Source: Octopus sinensis
Taxonomy: Eukaryota
DNA length: 64,000 nt
Direction: 5' to 3'
NCBI RefSeq assembly: GCF_006345805.1
Contig: NC_042999.1
Coordinates: 44,144,001-44,208,000 of the forward strand
The notes beneath the pieces are model-generated. The model searched no databases. It was not told where the DNA came from and worked only from the letters and a program-made list of their open reading frames with translations. This document shows positions 1 through 14,400 of this stretch, one piece after another. The position numbers and the translations under genes were made by a program. Within the stretch, counting starts at the first letter, position 1; every line of letters begins with the position of its first letter.

Positions 1-1559
1 CATGCCAACATGGAAAATGAACATTAAATGATGAAGATGGGAAACTGATTTGTAGTGATTGTACAGTCAACATAGTATTTTGATATTTTTTATATTTAAA
101 ACATATCTGATTTTGAATTTTGCTAGAGTCAAATTTTAGCCCTTAAAATCCATAAACTATTGAACTGAACTCTCAAATCAATAAGAAAAAGAAATGACTA
201 ATTGAGAAAACTGAACTTTGTAGGTTTCATTTAGTGTCTGTAGGTCTGTTTCATCTTTATTGAGCTACACTGTACAACATCAACAATCCCTCTGGTGCAG
301 GATTTATTTTACCAACAAAATTACACAGGCATCTGTGTTAAATTCATGCTTGATACATGCCAGCATGGAAACCTAGCATAAAATGATGGCAGTGATGGTA
401 ATGATGATAACCCACTCCTATATGCATATTAGCATCCCATTCATATCTGCTTTGTGACTTCAACAAGTCTAGTTAACAATAGATTCACTGTTCACTTCTT
501 AAACCACTCCTCATTCCTTCCTCCTAAAACCCCTGGTTAAATACTATCATAGGAACATACGGATTTACACACGTCATTAAAACTGGTCATTGATGAAATT
601 TAATTGCGACAAATGTTGATGTTCAGAGGGGAGGAGTGTATCAACATTACAGAACAGCTATTGTCTATGGTGCTTGCTTTCCAACTCTCCTTAATATAAT
701 TTGGAAATGTTCAGCTTCTGCAACAGGATAATGGTGATTACTTGTCATTGTTACTATAGCAACCACTAGCACTACTCCTTTTATCACTTTCTCGGTTTAA
801 TATCATATTTAGTTGGAAGTTACACTGGTCATCTTCGCTACTGTTACATTCATAAACAATACTGTTTTCTGGCTCTCAGAGAAGTAGCATTACAAGACTT
901 GATTTAGCTTTATATTCCATTGTTGTCCTTTCTTTTTGTGTGTTTTGACAATGCCTGAAACAAAAGATATCACTGATTTATATTTCACATTTGGTAGGTT
1001 CATTTTAATGTTTCCCCTTTCACCGTTATTTTAGTTGTTAGTATTGTTTTGGTTTTGTAGCCGTCATAGCATTTAACATTTTTGTCTAATAATTTTCTTC
1101 TTAGTGTCATTGTTGTATACTGAAGCCTGCCAAACAGATGTAGCACTTTCAGTAACTGCCCTATTCACACTGACATGAAACATGATTGTATGGTTTAAAC
1201 ATTTTTGTCGGGTTGCATCAATATTACAAATATGGGAAGGAAATTCTCATCTCTATCTTCAGTCTTCATCATCATCATTACTCTGTTTGACATCTATTTT
1301 TCATGGTTTGGTGTAGTAGATCAGTTTTTCTAATCTAGTTGGTAACTCCCTCTTGGTGTGGGGTCTTGTGAGCACACAGGAGGCCAGCCTATGTTAAGGT
1401 TGCACTATAGAAGGTGCTAGGTGTTTAGAAGAGTCATGTTTTTTTGGGTTTTTTTCAGGATTTAAGTTTATAACCACTCTCCTTCACATTTACCCTCTTG
1501 TACCTTGAGAGTACATCCTGACACCTCATCACCATCATCATTTTCTCCCCTTTTCCAGC

Positions 1560-1895
1560 TGGGGTAGCCATGTATCTTCTCTACAGCAAGACACCTGTTC
1601 CTAACCCTCTGGCATACTCTTACCTCTCAACATAAACTACTTCCCTGAATACTACATTCCCCTCAAACAAGGGGTCATGTCTTGCAAGTTATTTGATGAT
1701 TACACTCATGCTGATGACATATTAAAGGCACCCAGTACTTTCCGTAAAGTACTTGGCATTAAGAAGGGCATCTGACTGTAGAAACCATGTCAAAGCAGAC
1801 ACTGGAACTCAACACAGTCCTGTGACCTGTCAGATCGTGTCAAAGCATCCAACCCATGCCAACATGGAATACAGACACTAACTAATGATGATGGT
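1560..1895 (+). mobile_element. Old RTE-family 3' end fragment
   Basis: aagaagggcatctgactgtagaaac...caacccatgccaacatgg...gatgatg matches the 3' end of the RTE copy at 49.7 kb. Confidence 0.65.
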
Positions 1896-2439
1896 TTTTC
1901 AGGATTAGAATATGAGTTCGACCTTATTATTGGTGTACAGAAACATAATTGGTTGTACACTGAAGTGTACAACATAACTAGTTGTACACTAACTAACTCT
2001 GTTATGTAATTTCCGTTAAGAAAAAATTAACATATTTATGCAAATAGCTATATCCTCCCTCCCAAGAAAAAAAAAAAACATGAAACAAGACATTTTTAAA
2101 ACCCCATTCATTGAAAGGGGCACTGAGTTACATAAGGTTAAGAACCTATGCATTAGATAGATCCACCTAATTGCTAATTGTTGCCACATCTCCTCTATAG
2201 CAATGTACCAAAAAAATACATGATATTCTTCTCAACACTGCTTATACCAAATATGGTAAGCTTGTTTGATATAAATTGTTGGTGATAGAAAATACCTGCT
2301 CATTTCTCTAAGATGACAAATTGATATTTCTAATTATAAATTATTTCTATTTTGGTATCTGAGACTGTTGACACCTCACATCTATGTATAGCATTAAAAC
2401 CTTCAAGTTTTTACTTCAATGAAGCCTAAATTCACTTAA

Positions 2440-2662
2440 TCCTTAAGCATTTAAACTGGCCATATCCAACCTAAATATTCTCCATGTTTTAAGTTCAAAC
2501 CAGCTAGATCCAGCCTCTCACGCTTATGCTACAATGTCATTCTTAAAATAATTGCTTCATCAACTTCTTGATGTAGTGAGATAATGTATGATTGATTCAA
2601 AAGAATGTAAATAATTATTTGTTCACATTAACATTTGACAGAATAATCTGAATGCTAATGTG
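2440..2662. mobile_element. piggyBac-type MITE, family 1 (degenerate)
   Basis: TTAA on both sides; termini similar to CCCTTTAGCATT...AATGCTAAAGGG; same internal sequence as the 11279, 30851 and 45343 copies. Confidence 0.7.
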
Positions 2663-3469
2663 TTAAAGGAAGACTTGGAATTGAATTAATAGATATTAAG
2701 AATATGATGGTACAAGCCAAATCTCATGTCCCAGTGATTAGTGATATGATGATGTTGATAATTTGTTTTCCATTGGATGTGCTAATTATAATTATTTATT
2801 ACAAACACTGCTGGTGTCATTAATAGCTAATTTAATTCCTTTTTCTTTTACTCATTACAACTTAAGTATTTTCATAACGATCATCAATGTTTTCCCACAT
2901 GAGCATCAAGTATCTAATTTTGCCTGTGAAATTTAAGTAAAAAGATAGTGACGTCCTATGATAGATGTCATTTTCCAGGATCTGATTGACATCTCTCTCT
3001 CTCTTTCCATCTTCCAATTTTATTTACAAAGTGGAAGTATTTTGTACCCAGTATGCATCCATCAGTCATTGTCCATACATACATAGAAGCAAAATGCCTT
3101 TCCTGTCCATTTTAATTTCTCAATATATTTGTTCTTCCTCTTTCTCCTTGCAAACAAAGAGGGGTTTTCTCTTTGGAATTTTTTTCCTGCTAAGTTTGTT
3201 TTGGGTTAAATAATCAGTCTCTTGATTGTTGTAGTTCCCTGGGGTTCTTTTAAAATGTAAACACCTCACCTGTACCTTGTGCATATAGCTTAAATCTGTA
3301 TGTGTGTGTGTTTGTGAATTTCTTATAGCTAGTGTAAACCAGAAGTTTCTAAATGTTTATACATTCTGAAATCATTTTCTTAACACTAATCACTTTAACC
3401 ATTAAAAGGAAGTGGCACTTATTTTTCAAACACTTATATCTTTTTAAAGAAATGGTTAAACCTATTTAA

Positions 3470-3777
3470 CCCCTTACCCGGCAGAAGTGAATATATTCGT
3501 TTTGACCGAAATCGTTTTTTTCTATCTCTGGCGAGTTAACTCGTCAAAAGATAGACTCGCCAAAATCGACAGCAAACGAGTTCCTTCGTTTAAAAACGGG
3601 TTAACTCGTTTCTGCCCAAAGCGGTAATTTAAAATCAATATTATTGAATTAAAATTCATAATAAATAAGGTTTGAAATATACCTCGAAATCACCATTCAA
3701 AACATAGTGAAATAAAACAATTAAAAAATATGTCTGAAAAAATACATTTATTTTCAAAATAATTGTTGGGTAAGGGG
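3470..3777. mobile_element. piggyBac-type MITE, family 2 (308 bp)
   Basis: TTAA|CCCCTTACCC ... GGGTAAGGGG|TTAA: perfect 10-bp TIR plus TTAA TSD. Confidence 0.9.
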
Positions 3778-4052
3778 TTAAATCTGAACATAATACCGGA
3801 AACAGAATATCAAAATTAAAAAAATATTTGTGTTATTTAGCCATGGACCTTCAATTGTTTCATCATAGCACTTCCTAATAAAACCAAAACTAGATTTATC
3901 AGAAATGTTTTGCTTTCAGTTTAATAATTCCAAGTTTAAAAGCCAAATATTGTCTGTTAATGTGTTATGCTTGTTATATTTTTCTTTATATGAGAAGTCA
4001 ACTGTCCAGTAACTTACACAGCATTAATTTTGGTTCTTGGTGATGTTTACAG

Positions 4053-4147
4053 GAGCTTATGGAACTGCTACGGAAGATGCATCAGATGGGGAGTACTTCC
4101 CAGGTAGTAATGGCTCCTTTTCCGAAACAGCTTGGGACAACTACCAG
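4053..4147 (+). CDS. KASH gene exon (phase 1 to 0): (G)AYGTATEDASDGEYFPGSNGSFSETAWDNYQ
   Basis: tttacag acceptor, gtattt donor, 95 nt open, in phase with the next exon. Confidence 0.85.
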
Positions 4148-5361
4148 GTATTTTAATTTATTCATTTTTTTTTTTTTTTATATTTTTCTGTTAATGACTT
4201 AGTCAGAAGAAGAGGTGGCTACACTTCCTGTCGGCCGTGACTTTCATCCTTTTGAGATCAATAATGAATGTAACCAATTCCAAGTGATTGAATTGGCAGA
4301 ACTGTAACATTATTAGTCCGAATGCCTTCCAGTATTTGTTCCAACTCTTTGCACTCTGAGTTCAAATCCTGCCATGGCCTACATGGCTGGTAGATTTAAT
4401 CCATCAATCAATCATCCAGCTGAACATCACTACCTGACACCTTGGATGCCTTTAGTGGAGTTCACTCTGTTGCAAACACTTGGGTCGTATCTTTGGTATG
4501 AGGATAACTTCCCCCTCTCTCTCTCACCTCAGAGGCCCTGTAAAGGGTCATGGATGATGCCTTTGCTCCTGACTAAATACAAACGAAAGTGTTTCTGTGA
4601 ACAGATAAGGAGGGTACCCAGTCACTGACAATTCCCAAAACAAGATGAAAGCCCAGGATTAATTAAAAACAATTTGAGTAAAAAAATATTATATTTAACA
4701 GAGTAATCTGAACACTAAAGAGTTCACTCAGAATGTACTTCTGGAGAGATTACTCTACCCCCTGTTAATTTCATACATTAGAAGAAACAACATCAGACTC
4801 CTTTTTTCAACTAACAATGTCTGTTGTGACTGCTTTTGTGAAAGAAAAAAAAATCAAGTAACTATTAAAAACTATATGAGAACTTCAACCTGAATATCCT
4901 AATCAAGAGCAGATGTTGATTTGGATTTTATCATGAAGTTCTTGTTAACACCTGACATTATTGGCACTAAATCATTTTATGGGTATTTAAACAGAACTCT
5001 TCCTCTCAAAAATAAACTGGTTTATCTTTGGTGGTGGGACTATGCCATGCTTCTGTATTGTAAGCAGCAGCAGGTTGAACAAAGCCATTGTGTCAGGCTT
5101 GCTGAATGAAATGGACGAAGGAGGTACACATACACATCAACACACTATATACACAACCTGACTTTCTCTCCTTCATTACTTGGCCACTTTGTTGATAATT
5201 TTCTTTTTCTTTTACTGTTAATTTTTTTTGTTTTTTTTTTTCCTTTCTTTTGAGTTTGAATACAAAATGTGAGTGCTTGATACATTGTACTGTTGTCTCA
5301 GTTCATATATAAACATAAAAATATTCTTGACAATTACAATTCCAAAAAGAATTACATACAT

Positions 5362-5417
<56 letters not shown>

Positions 5418-8400
5418 TATATTTGTCCTCCCGTTGTTGTGTTTTTTTGTGCTTTCTTGTTTGGATTAACTTTATATATATATATATATAAAGTTAATCC
5501 AAACAAGAAAGCACAAAAAAACACAACAACGCGAGGACAAATATAGTATTATTGGATGCTCAGGAAAGAAGGAGGGTTTAACGTTTCAAGCGGAGCTCTT
5601 TGTCGGAAACATAGAAGGAAAGATCCAGAGAAAAAAAATCGCCAACAGTACACACGCAGTCACATTTTGAATGTGTGTATGCACACACACACACACACAC
5701 ACACTCATGCATACACCCAAAAGCCAAGCACACATCCACACAGACATGTCAGTATAGATATATTTATGCGCACGCATATATCAAGGAAAGAGAGAGTAAG
5801 GTGTGTGTATATATGTGTATGTCTGTTTATTTTTTACTTTTTTTTTTTAACCTGGCTATATAAACATGTATATACAAATATGTGATATTTTTAAATAAAC
5901 GATGGAAATATATAGAAATTGTTCTCCCTATACACTAAATGCTATTTTAAAGCAACTATTGTCTTTGATATTGTGAGACAATAAAAGGCATGGTGCATGA
6001 ACATTTGCATAAACTGCATTTCAGATAGGCTGTTAGTCACATAATAAACAGATTGTGCAACCTGCACATAGCAACTTGTGGTTGCTATGTGCATATTCTT
6101 TTCATATATTTTTGTTTTGTTTATCTACAGTTTATATTGTACTCGTTTACTTCTTATCGATTCTCATTCATCCTGAACATTCGGCAGTTTAATGGCAGTA
6201 AAATGACATGGGCATCTTTGATGAATAAATTCATTTGCATAGAAAGAATCTAAGCTTGAGCACAGGCATATGTTGTTTATAAATAAATAAAACACATATA
6301 TTTGTATGAAGCACTAGCAGAAGATTTGAGATCATGGTATCAAATCTAGGAAAGACTTGTTAACAATGTAGGAGAAATAAATTTACTAAGTTTTGATTGA
6401 GCTAATGTTTGGTGCTATAAAACTACCTGACTTGAAGTGGTCAGTGGTAGACACAGTTTTAGTGTTTTGTCATTTATCTCAAAAGATTACTTGTACATGC
6501 TGTACTTAATCCTAGTGATGGAAGTTGGGAGCAGGGATGTTTGAAAAACTAAGGTGACTGAAGTGGGGAAATTCTGGGTTTGAATCCTATGCAATGACTT
6601 GTTTTTCTAGGGATTACATCTTGTAACCTCTTGCCTCAGCACATGAAACAATACAGGTGTGGGGGCAGTTCAGAGAGATTTGGCCACTCTTTTAACAGAT
6701 CTTAACATGTAGAAACTTGATTAGAAGTGTGTGTGTGTGTGTGTGTGTTATTTAAAATGGAAATATTTAGCTCATACATAAATAACAAACCATTTGTTAT
6801 TATGCATTCATTACTTCTTTGTGTTCGCTAGAATTTCATTTATTTCTCCCAAAATGGCCCTTAATTAACCAGTACTGTATATTATTTATTATATTTGGCA
6901 CGCCAGGCTAAATGCTTACTGGCATTTTGTTCATCCTTACGTTTTGAGTTCAAATTCTGTCTAGGTCGACTTTGCATTTCATCCTTTCAGGGTTGGTAAA
7001 ATAAGTAGCAGTGGAACATTGGGATTGATGTAATCAACTAGTCTACCCCCCCCAAAAAAAAATTTCAGGCCTTGTGCTTTTAGTAGAAAGTATTATTAAA
7101 TGCCATGGAAAATGCTCGGTGGCATTTTGTCCATCCTTATGTTCTGAGCTCAAATTCCACCGAGGTTGACTTCACCTTTCATCCTTTCGGGGTCAATAAA
7201 ACAAGTACCAGTAGAGCACTGGGGTCACTGTAATCGACTTTCCCCCTCCCCCCCAAATTAATGACTTTGCACTAAAGTTTGAAACTTGTTGTTGTTATTA
7301 TGTTTTCCTATTTTTAGGCACCACTCTATCCCACAGTCAGTGATGAAGCTACAGAACCAGCTCTTCAGTGGTCAGGTGAAATGGAGTTTGAAGAGGAATT
7401 ATCACCTGTGTCTGCCAACAACACTATAATCACACAAGTTGTTGCAAAGCAGAGTGATGAAGATTCTGGAAAGGTAAAGATTTACAAAAAGTTTTAAAAA
7501 AAGAAAAAATTGAAATACTGGGAGGGCAAAGTACAAATAATAATTCAGGTGGCGTTAGGGTCGACAGTGAGGGATAATATAAGAGATTTAGGCATGTGAG
7601 CATGAATATTTATCATACAATCTTTAACTTTTAATTCCTCAGCTTTATTTGCTTGTAATTTCATTGAATAGCAGGAGGTAGAGGTGAATATTTACCCTAG
7701 TAGTTCCTAATGTCTTCTATTTTAGCCCCTGGCTCACCAATGTATTGTGTGTGAATTTGAAAGGCAGACGATGCATAGAAGGCTATCATGTGTGTGTGTT
7801 TCTTTGTGTTTGTCCATCCTCCCGTTACTTGACAGCTGGTGTTGGTTTGTTTGCATCCCCATAACCAGGCGGTTCTGCAAGTAAGACTGCCATTCAAGAA
7901 TTTGGACCTGGAGATCTCCATTTCCAGCGACTTCGAGGGCCACCTCCCAGTGGTGTAGGGCGTCAACGAAGAGCCCTCGGCTACAACAAGACGACCAAAG
8001 TTTTTTTTTCCCCCCCAAGATCTGGGGTCTCCCGCCCCTAAGCCCAAGACAATCACCTAATCACCCTTACCCATCTTGTTGCTTAACAACAGCAAGTAAG
8101 ACTGCTAGAATAAGTATCAGGCTTTAAGAAAAAAGAGTACTAGGGTTGATTTGCTCAACTAAACCCTTCAAGACAATGATCCAGCATGGTCACAGTGCAG
8201 TGACCAAAATAAGTAAAATATAAAAGATACTAATTAGACTTTTATTCAATTAATGAAGCTTTGGTCATCAAGACTTTATGTTTAGAATTTCAGTTTGTAT
8301 GATTTTTTACACTTTTTAAAGATATTTCATTCATTTCATGGTGCCCCTTGTTACATCACACAGGGACACCAGTATTTAGGAACCACTGATATTGTCAGTT

Positions 8401-11400
8401 ACTTCATGGTTAAAATTGTTGCTAGACCAACGGAATTGTTGAAGTACCATATTTGATGGCATAAAAGACACATGGGCGTATTAGATACACTCCAACTTTT
8501 GTTGTACATATTCAGGAAAAAAACATTTTTATTGCATTAAGTGTACCTGGCATGACTTTTTGAGTCTTTTTTTTTTTTCTATGGGAAAAAGTGTGCATCT
8601 TAAAATGCCATTGAATACAGTAAATAACAAATTATTGTAAATTCTTTATAATAATAATCTAGTGTGATACATAATTCTTTTAAATTTAATTTACACTGGC
8701 ATATGTTGGTTGACTTTAGATGTTGTCATTCAGGAGTTGGTGAAATGAATACCAGTAATATGATTATATTACAAAGATGTATCCAATCCATGTCAACATG
8801 GAAACTGATATTAAGGAATGATGATGATGATGATGACAATACTTAATTACACTGAAATAAACTTGTTTTCCAATATAAATTATTAACTGCTGCTGAGTAT
8901 ATTGTTTTACTTTAGCACCTATATCTAAAGTAGCCAGATGATCACATTCAACTGACCTACAAATTTCATGGATTTTTTTTCATTAGTCACATTATGCAAA
9001 TCTATGAATTACTTATAAGTTGTGTATCTATATAGATGAAATGTCTAGTTGCTTGGCCTCCTAGAATTAGCTGCCATATCTCCCTTATAACCACACTGCT
9101 GTCTTTAAAAAATGTAAAGCACATTGGCATAATGACTCTGCCAAAATAACAAAACATTGAGCATTGTGTTTCAATAATGGATAATGTGTACCAATAGGCA
9201 GCATGGTGGCAGAATTATTAAAGCAACATCCAGCTCTTTACCTTTCACCTTACTCTGAAACAAAAGAAAAGGTGAAATTTTAAATCTTGTGAATGAGGAT
9301 TTATGCTTATTGTTTATTTATTTCTATCTGATCTTCAACTATAAAAAAAAATTTTTTTTAACTAAATCCAACACCACTTAGTTTCCAAGGCAATTGCAAG
9401 TCCTTTCTTCTATAGCTGTTATTCCAAGTTGGTAAAGAATAGAAAGTTTTTTTTCTATGCCAACCCTCTCTGTATGTCATGCAAATTGTTTTAGCGATAA
9501 GAACAGGAAACAGTTTAGATTTAACTTTAACAAATAAGGTTCCATTAGAGAACATCCAACTATTGCATATTTGTTCTATCTATATCAGTGTCTGTTTATG
9601 ATAGGAAATGGATATAAGACTGTTGAACAAAATGAAATTTTCACAAAGTTAAACAGCTAAATCAAAACATGTATCTTAACCATTTAGCATTCAGGTTTTA
9701 TAGGTGCGGGCATGGCTGTGTGGTTAGGGAGCTTGCTTCCTAGCTACATGGTTTCGTGTTCAGTCCCACTGCGTGGCACTTTGGGTAGGTGTCTTCCACT
9801 ATAGCCCCAAGCCAACCGGAGCTTTGTGATTGAATTCGGTAGGCGGGAGTTACTGCCGTGTGTGTATGTGTGTGTATAGCTGCTCAGTGCCTCTCCGAAA
9901 GAGAGAGAGGGATTACTTTGTCAAATGTAATGCTTATTTGTTCACATCATTCTGTATTAATCATGTATTATCTTGTAGCTCTAAAATTTTGATGTGATTC
10001 TAAATTTTTAGAATGATATTGTAGGGTAGGTATAAGAGGCCAGATCTAGCCAGGTTAAACATATAACAGAATATTTAAGCCAGATATGATCGGTTTAAAT
10101 ATTAAAAGTTTGAAGCAGATATGTATGTACTTCAACAAGATACAACTGTCTTTTATACTTGTGTGTCCATGTGTATTTTATATAAATTATTTAGTTGTGT
10201 ATCTATGTATAAATGAAAAGTGGTATAATACTAAAGGGGCCAGCCACTTCGACTTACTTGGCCTTCTAGAAATAGCAGCCATATCTCTCTTATATCACAG
10301 GGATGTTTTTTAAAAATTGTAGCACACATTGATAAAAGTCAGGATGGTCATGGCTAGAACATCTTTGCTGACACATTTGATAAATCATTGTTGGCCAGTG
10401 ACTTGATTAGAAACTAATTGGGTATCCCTGTTAAGTGGAAATGAAATCCTTAGAAATGGCTTGTCATCTTAACTGAACTGGGGCCTGCAAATCATTCCCC
10501 ACCCTAAGAGTTCAAAAGTCATGTTTTCAGTTGGATGTCTACATGAACTGTTAGCTCATGACTAGGTAGGTGTGCTATTACTACTATTAGATAGGAAGAG
10601 ATGTAAACTTAGATACTTTCAGTATGTTCTCAACCTGCTCTGTTGGCCTACTGTCACCTTCACTGACCTGTTTATTGTTTCATGTACTTTGTTTGGGTTC
10701 TTTTGTATTTTTTTTGTCAAAACCTGTTGCCTCCTCTACCTTTTTTTGGCATGAGACATACAGACCTTTTCATGAACACTTTTACTCCCTTCCTCCACCC
10801 ACCCACACACACACTCTTCAACTTTCACATATACACACACACAGACAAGCCTGTATTTACTTCGTAGACATGAACATGGTTCCTTTCATACAGGTATATA
10901 CACAATACACAGTACCAGCAATAAAGATATTTTCATTTTGAATAGGATAAACTACTAAATTATTCAACTCCAATCTAAAATAACACTGGCTTTAATTTTG
11001 AACAATAAACACACTTTGAAAATTTTGGGAGATGTTTTTTTTTTTTAATGACTTGATCATCAGAGGGGAAAGTGCAGTACCCATGACTGATAGGAGTAAG
11101 TTATCCCCAGGTCAGGGACATGGTAATGGTTTGAAGTTGTGTTAAACCATGAATTAAACCTTACCACCCACAAACAGGGATAGTCTCTTCAAAACATTTC
11201 TACAGGATTTCCCTCTGCTAAATTTCACTTGCATGACTGGTTGATTTGATGCTGCATGTGTGTGTGTGTTTGTATTAAACCTTTTAGCATATCTGGCCCA
11301 GATATTTTATTTGCTTTTATGTTCAAACCTGCCAGGTTCAGCCTCTCACACTTACAATCCCATCATATAAACAATAAACAATCCCATCATCAAAATCTCA

Positions 11401-14400
11401 AAAGCTATGCGACAATACATGATTAATTCAAAACAATGTGAATAAATAAGCATTACATTTGACAGTAATCTGAATGCTAAAGGGTCAAAGCAGTCCTGGA
11501 CAAACTGTGGCCCTTGGCTTTCTGAATGGTATGCTTAGCAATAAATGACCTTGAGTTTGCTTTTTTTTTTTTTTAATAGCGCAACCCACCTGATGCTGGA
11601 CCATATCTTATGCCGTCCACTTCTCATAAAAATATAGGCCTCTGCCTATATTTAAATAGCACCAATAGGTAGCATGTTGGCATAGTTATTAGATTATGGT
11701 GCTCTCTACATCTGCTCTGAGCTTCAATCCTGCTAAATTCAGCTCTGCCTTAATTCCTTTAAACCCTCACTCTCTCTCACACACACACACACACAGAAAT
11801 ATGTCATGTTCAGGGCTGGAGAGATGGGGTTTGGCCAGTATTAAAATGCCAAAAGTCATGACAGTATGTCAGTGGCTCTGACATACTGGGAGTTAAGGGC
11901 CCAGAGAAGTGTTGTTAAATAAATAAAAATTCAGCCTTATCCATCTGGAATTTGTCCAATGCAGAATTGGCAGCAAAATCTGGGGTGATGGTGCTTGGAT
12001 TATATTCTTACTGACTTGTTTCAGTATTCAAAATCTCATTAGGATTCACTCTTACTGCTTCTGTGATTAGAAGGAAATTTCAACAGAATAATTTGAGATA
12101 ACTATAAAATAGTTTAAATAGGACAGTGGTTCAGAAAAAAAAAACAGAATTATTGTGGGTGGTTAAAAATATGCTGAATTGAAGGAGTAGTAACCTAAGT
12201 GAAGTTTATCCAAGCATAGACATTCCTCGTGTTTATAAACTTTGCAGTTAAATTAATAGAATGGTATGTTTATGTGTCCTGTATAATTTCCATTTTTATG
12301 TAAAAAAAAAAAAAAATGTTGTTGAACAAGTGTGCTTTCATCTTTAACAGTTTACTTGTTATAGACATTGAACCCTGCCCATGCTGGAGCACCACCTTGT
12401 ATGGTTTAGTTAAGTAAAACCAGCAACAGTACTTATTTAAAGCCTGTTGCTTATTCTATCAGTTTCTTTTGTCAAACCAAGTTATGGAAATGTAAACAAA
12501 CCAACACAAGTTGTCGACCTATGGTGCAAGATAAACACAAAGGCTCATATATATATATGTGTGTGTATATATATTGTGTGTGTGTGTTTGTGTATACACA
12601 CACACACACACCAGGCCTCCACAATTTGCATCTGACAAATTCACTCATAAAGCATTGTGTGCCACACAGCTTTTGTAGAATTCATGGCAGCATACTGGTT
12701 GGTATTAGGGGTTACTTAGCTTTTATTCCAACAAAAAGTGTGTTTGGGGATGGGAGAAAAAAGCAAAGCAAAACAAGTATTTATCTCCTCCAAATACCGA
12801 ACAATTTGCCTTCAAACCAAGTTTATGGTTTTTACCATTGTTCGGTATTTGGAGGAGATAAATACTTGTTTTGCTTTGCTTTTTTCTCCCATCCCCAAAC
12901 ACACTTTTTGTTGGAATAAAAGCTAAGTAACCCCTAATACCAACCAGTATGCTGCCATTTTTTTTTCTTTCTAGCCTTTAGCTATTCTATACCCTTTAAT
13001 TTCCCTTGTAGTATGAATTTCATGACAGGCTGACAATCTACCTCTACAAATATATGTGTGTCTTTATGTTCAAAGAAGAGAAAAACAACATTCACTCAGA
13101 ACAAATTGTTTTACTATTTATTTTCCTTTGCAATATACATATCTCAAAAGTCTTTGTCCTTCACACACACACATATACACATCTGTTTGTATGTATGTAA
13201 ATATATATATATATACACACACACATATATACACAGAGTGCAGTGAATAAACTGACGTCTAAATTACGTAAATATGAAAATAACACTGACATCTCATTTT
13301 AAGATACATTTACCAAAATTACATAGCAATATCTTGAAACACTAAAAAATAAATTTATTCAACAAAATCGCCATTGGCTTCAACCACAGCCTCCAGACGA
13401 CTTCAGAACCTCCTGCAACTCTTCTGGACAGTCTCCTTGTTTAAGTTGGTGAATGTAATTCAGGCTCTAAATATTCATGAATAGTTCAGACTCTAATTAT
13501 GTATAAATAACTCAGTCAGAATTTACCACTATGATTTTTCAGTTCAATCAACTGATCAACCTGTCCATTGAATTAGCATGTAGCTTGTTGAGTATTCCAC
13601 AGTTACATGTATTCTTAATGTAATCCCCAAGGAGATTGAGCATGTGACAAAGCTGGACCTCTGGATTACAGGTGTGATCTATCCAGCAAGCTTCCACAGA
13701 TTCTGTCCATCTAATTTTACTTAAATCTTGGGTCAATCCAAGGATATTGTAAAAGACACTTGCCCAAGATACCACGCTGTGAGATTGAACCCAGATGCCT
13801 GTAGTTGCAAAGTAAACTTTTTAACCATTGAGTATAAATAAGAATAAAATGGTATTGCATATTAAATTAAAATCTATATATATATATGTTATGTTACAAT
13901 GCAGTAAATATAGTTTAAAATTGTATTTTAATTTATTTATTGATTGTTGAACCGTAACTGGTGATTCTGACATAAATGGGAGTGTGTGCGCCATTGTACT
14001 ACATACGTCAAGCACCTGGTGTAAAGTGAAAGGCATGCCAGTTATTGTATAGTAACTATAATGCTGCTCATCTGAACTGTAACTTGTGTAGCTAATGTAA
14101 ATGGGGTGTGTGCGTAAGCTATTGAGATAGGTTGTGTGGTTAGTGTTAGGTGTTGAGGGCACGTGGCCTAGTGGTTAGTGTGTTACACTCATGATCAGAA
14201 GATTGTGGTCTTGATTTTTGGATTGGGTGGTGTGTTGTGCTCTTGGGCGAAACACTTCATCTCACATTGCTCTCTGATCTCTGGAATATCTGACATGTGT
14301 TACATCATTCACCTGTACAGACAATGTCAGTTTGATGATGGGACTAAGATGATGTACAACACAAACATTTGATTGCTACAAACAAATCATCTGTGCAAGT

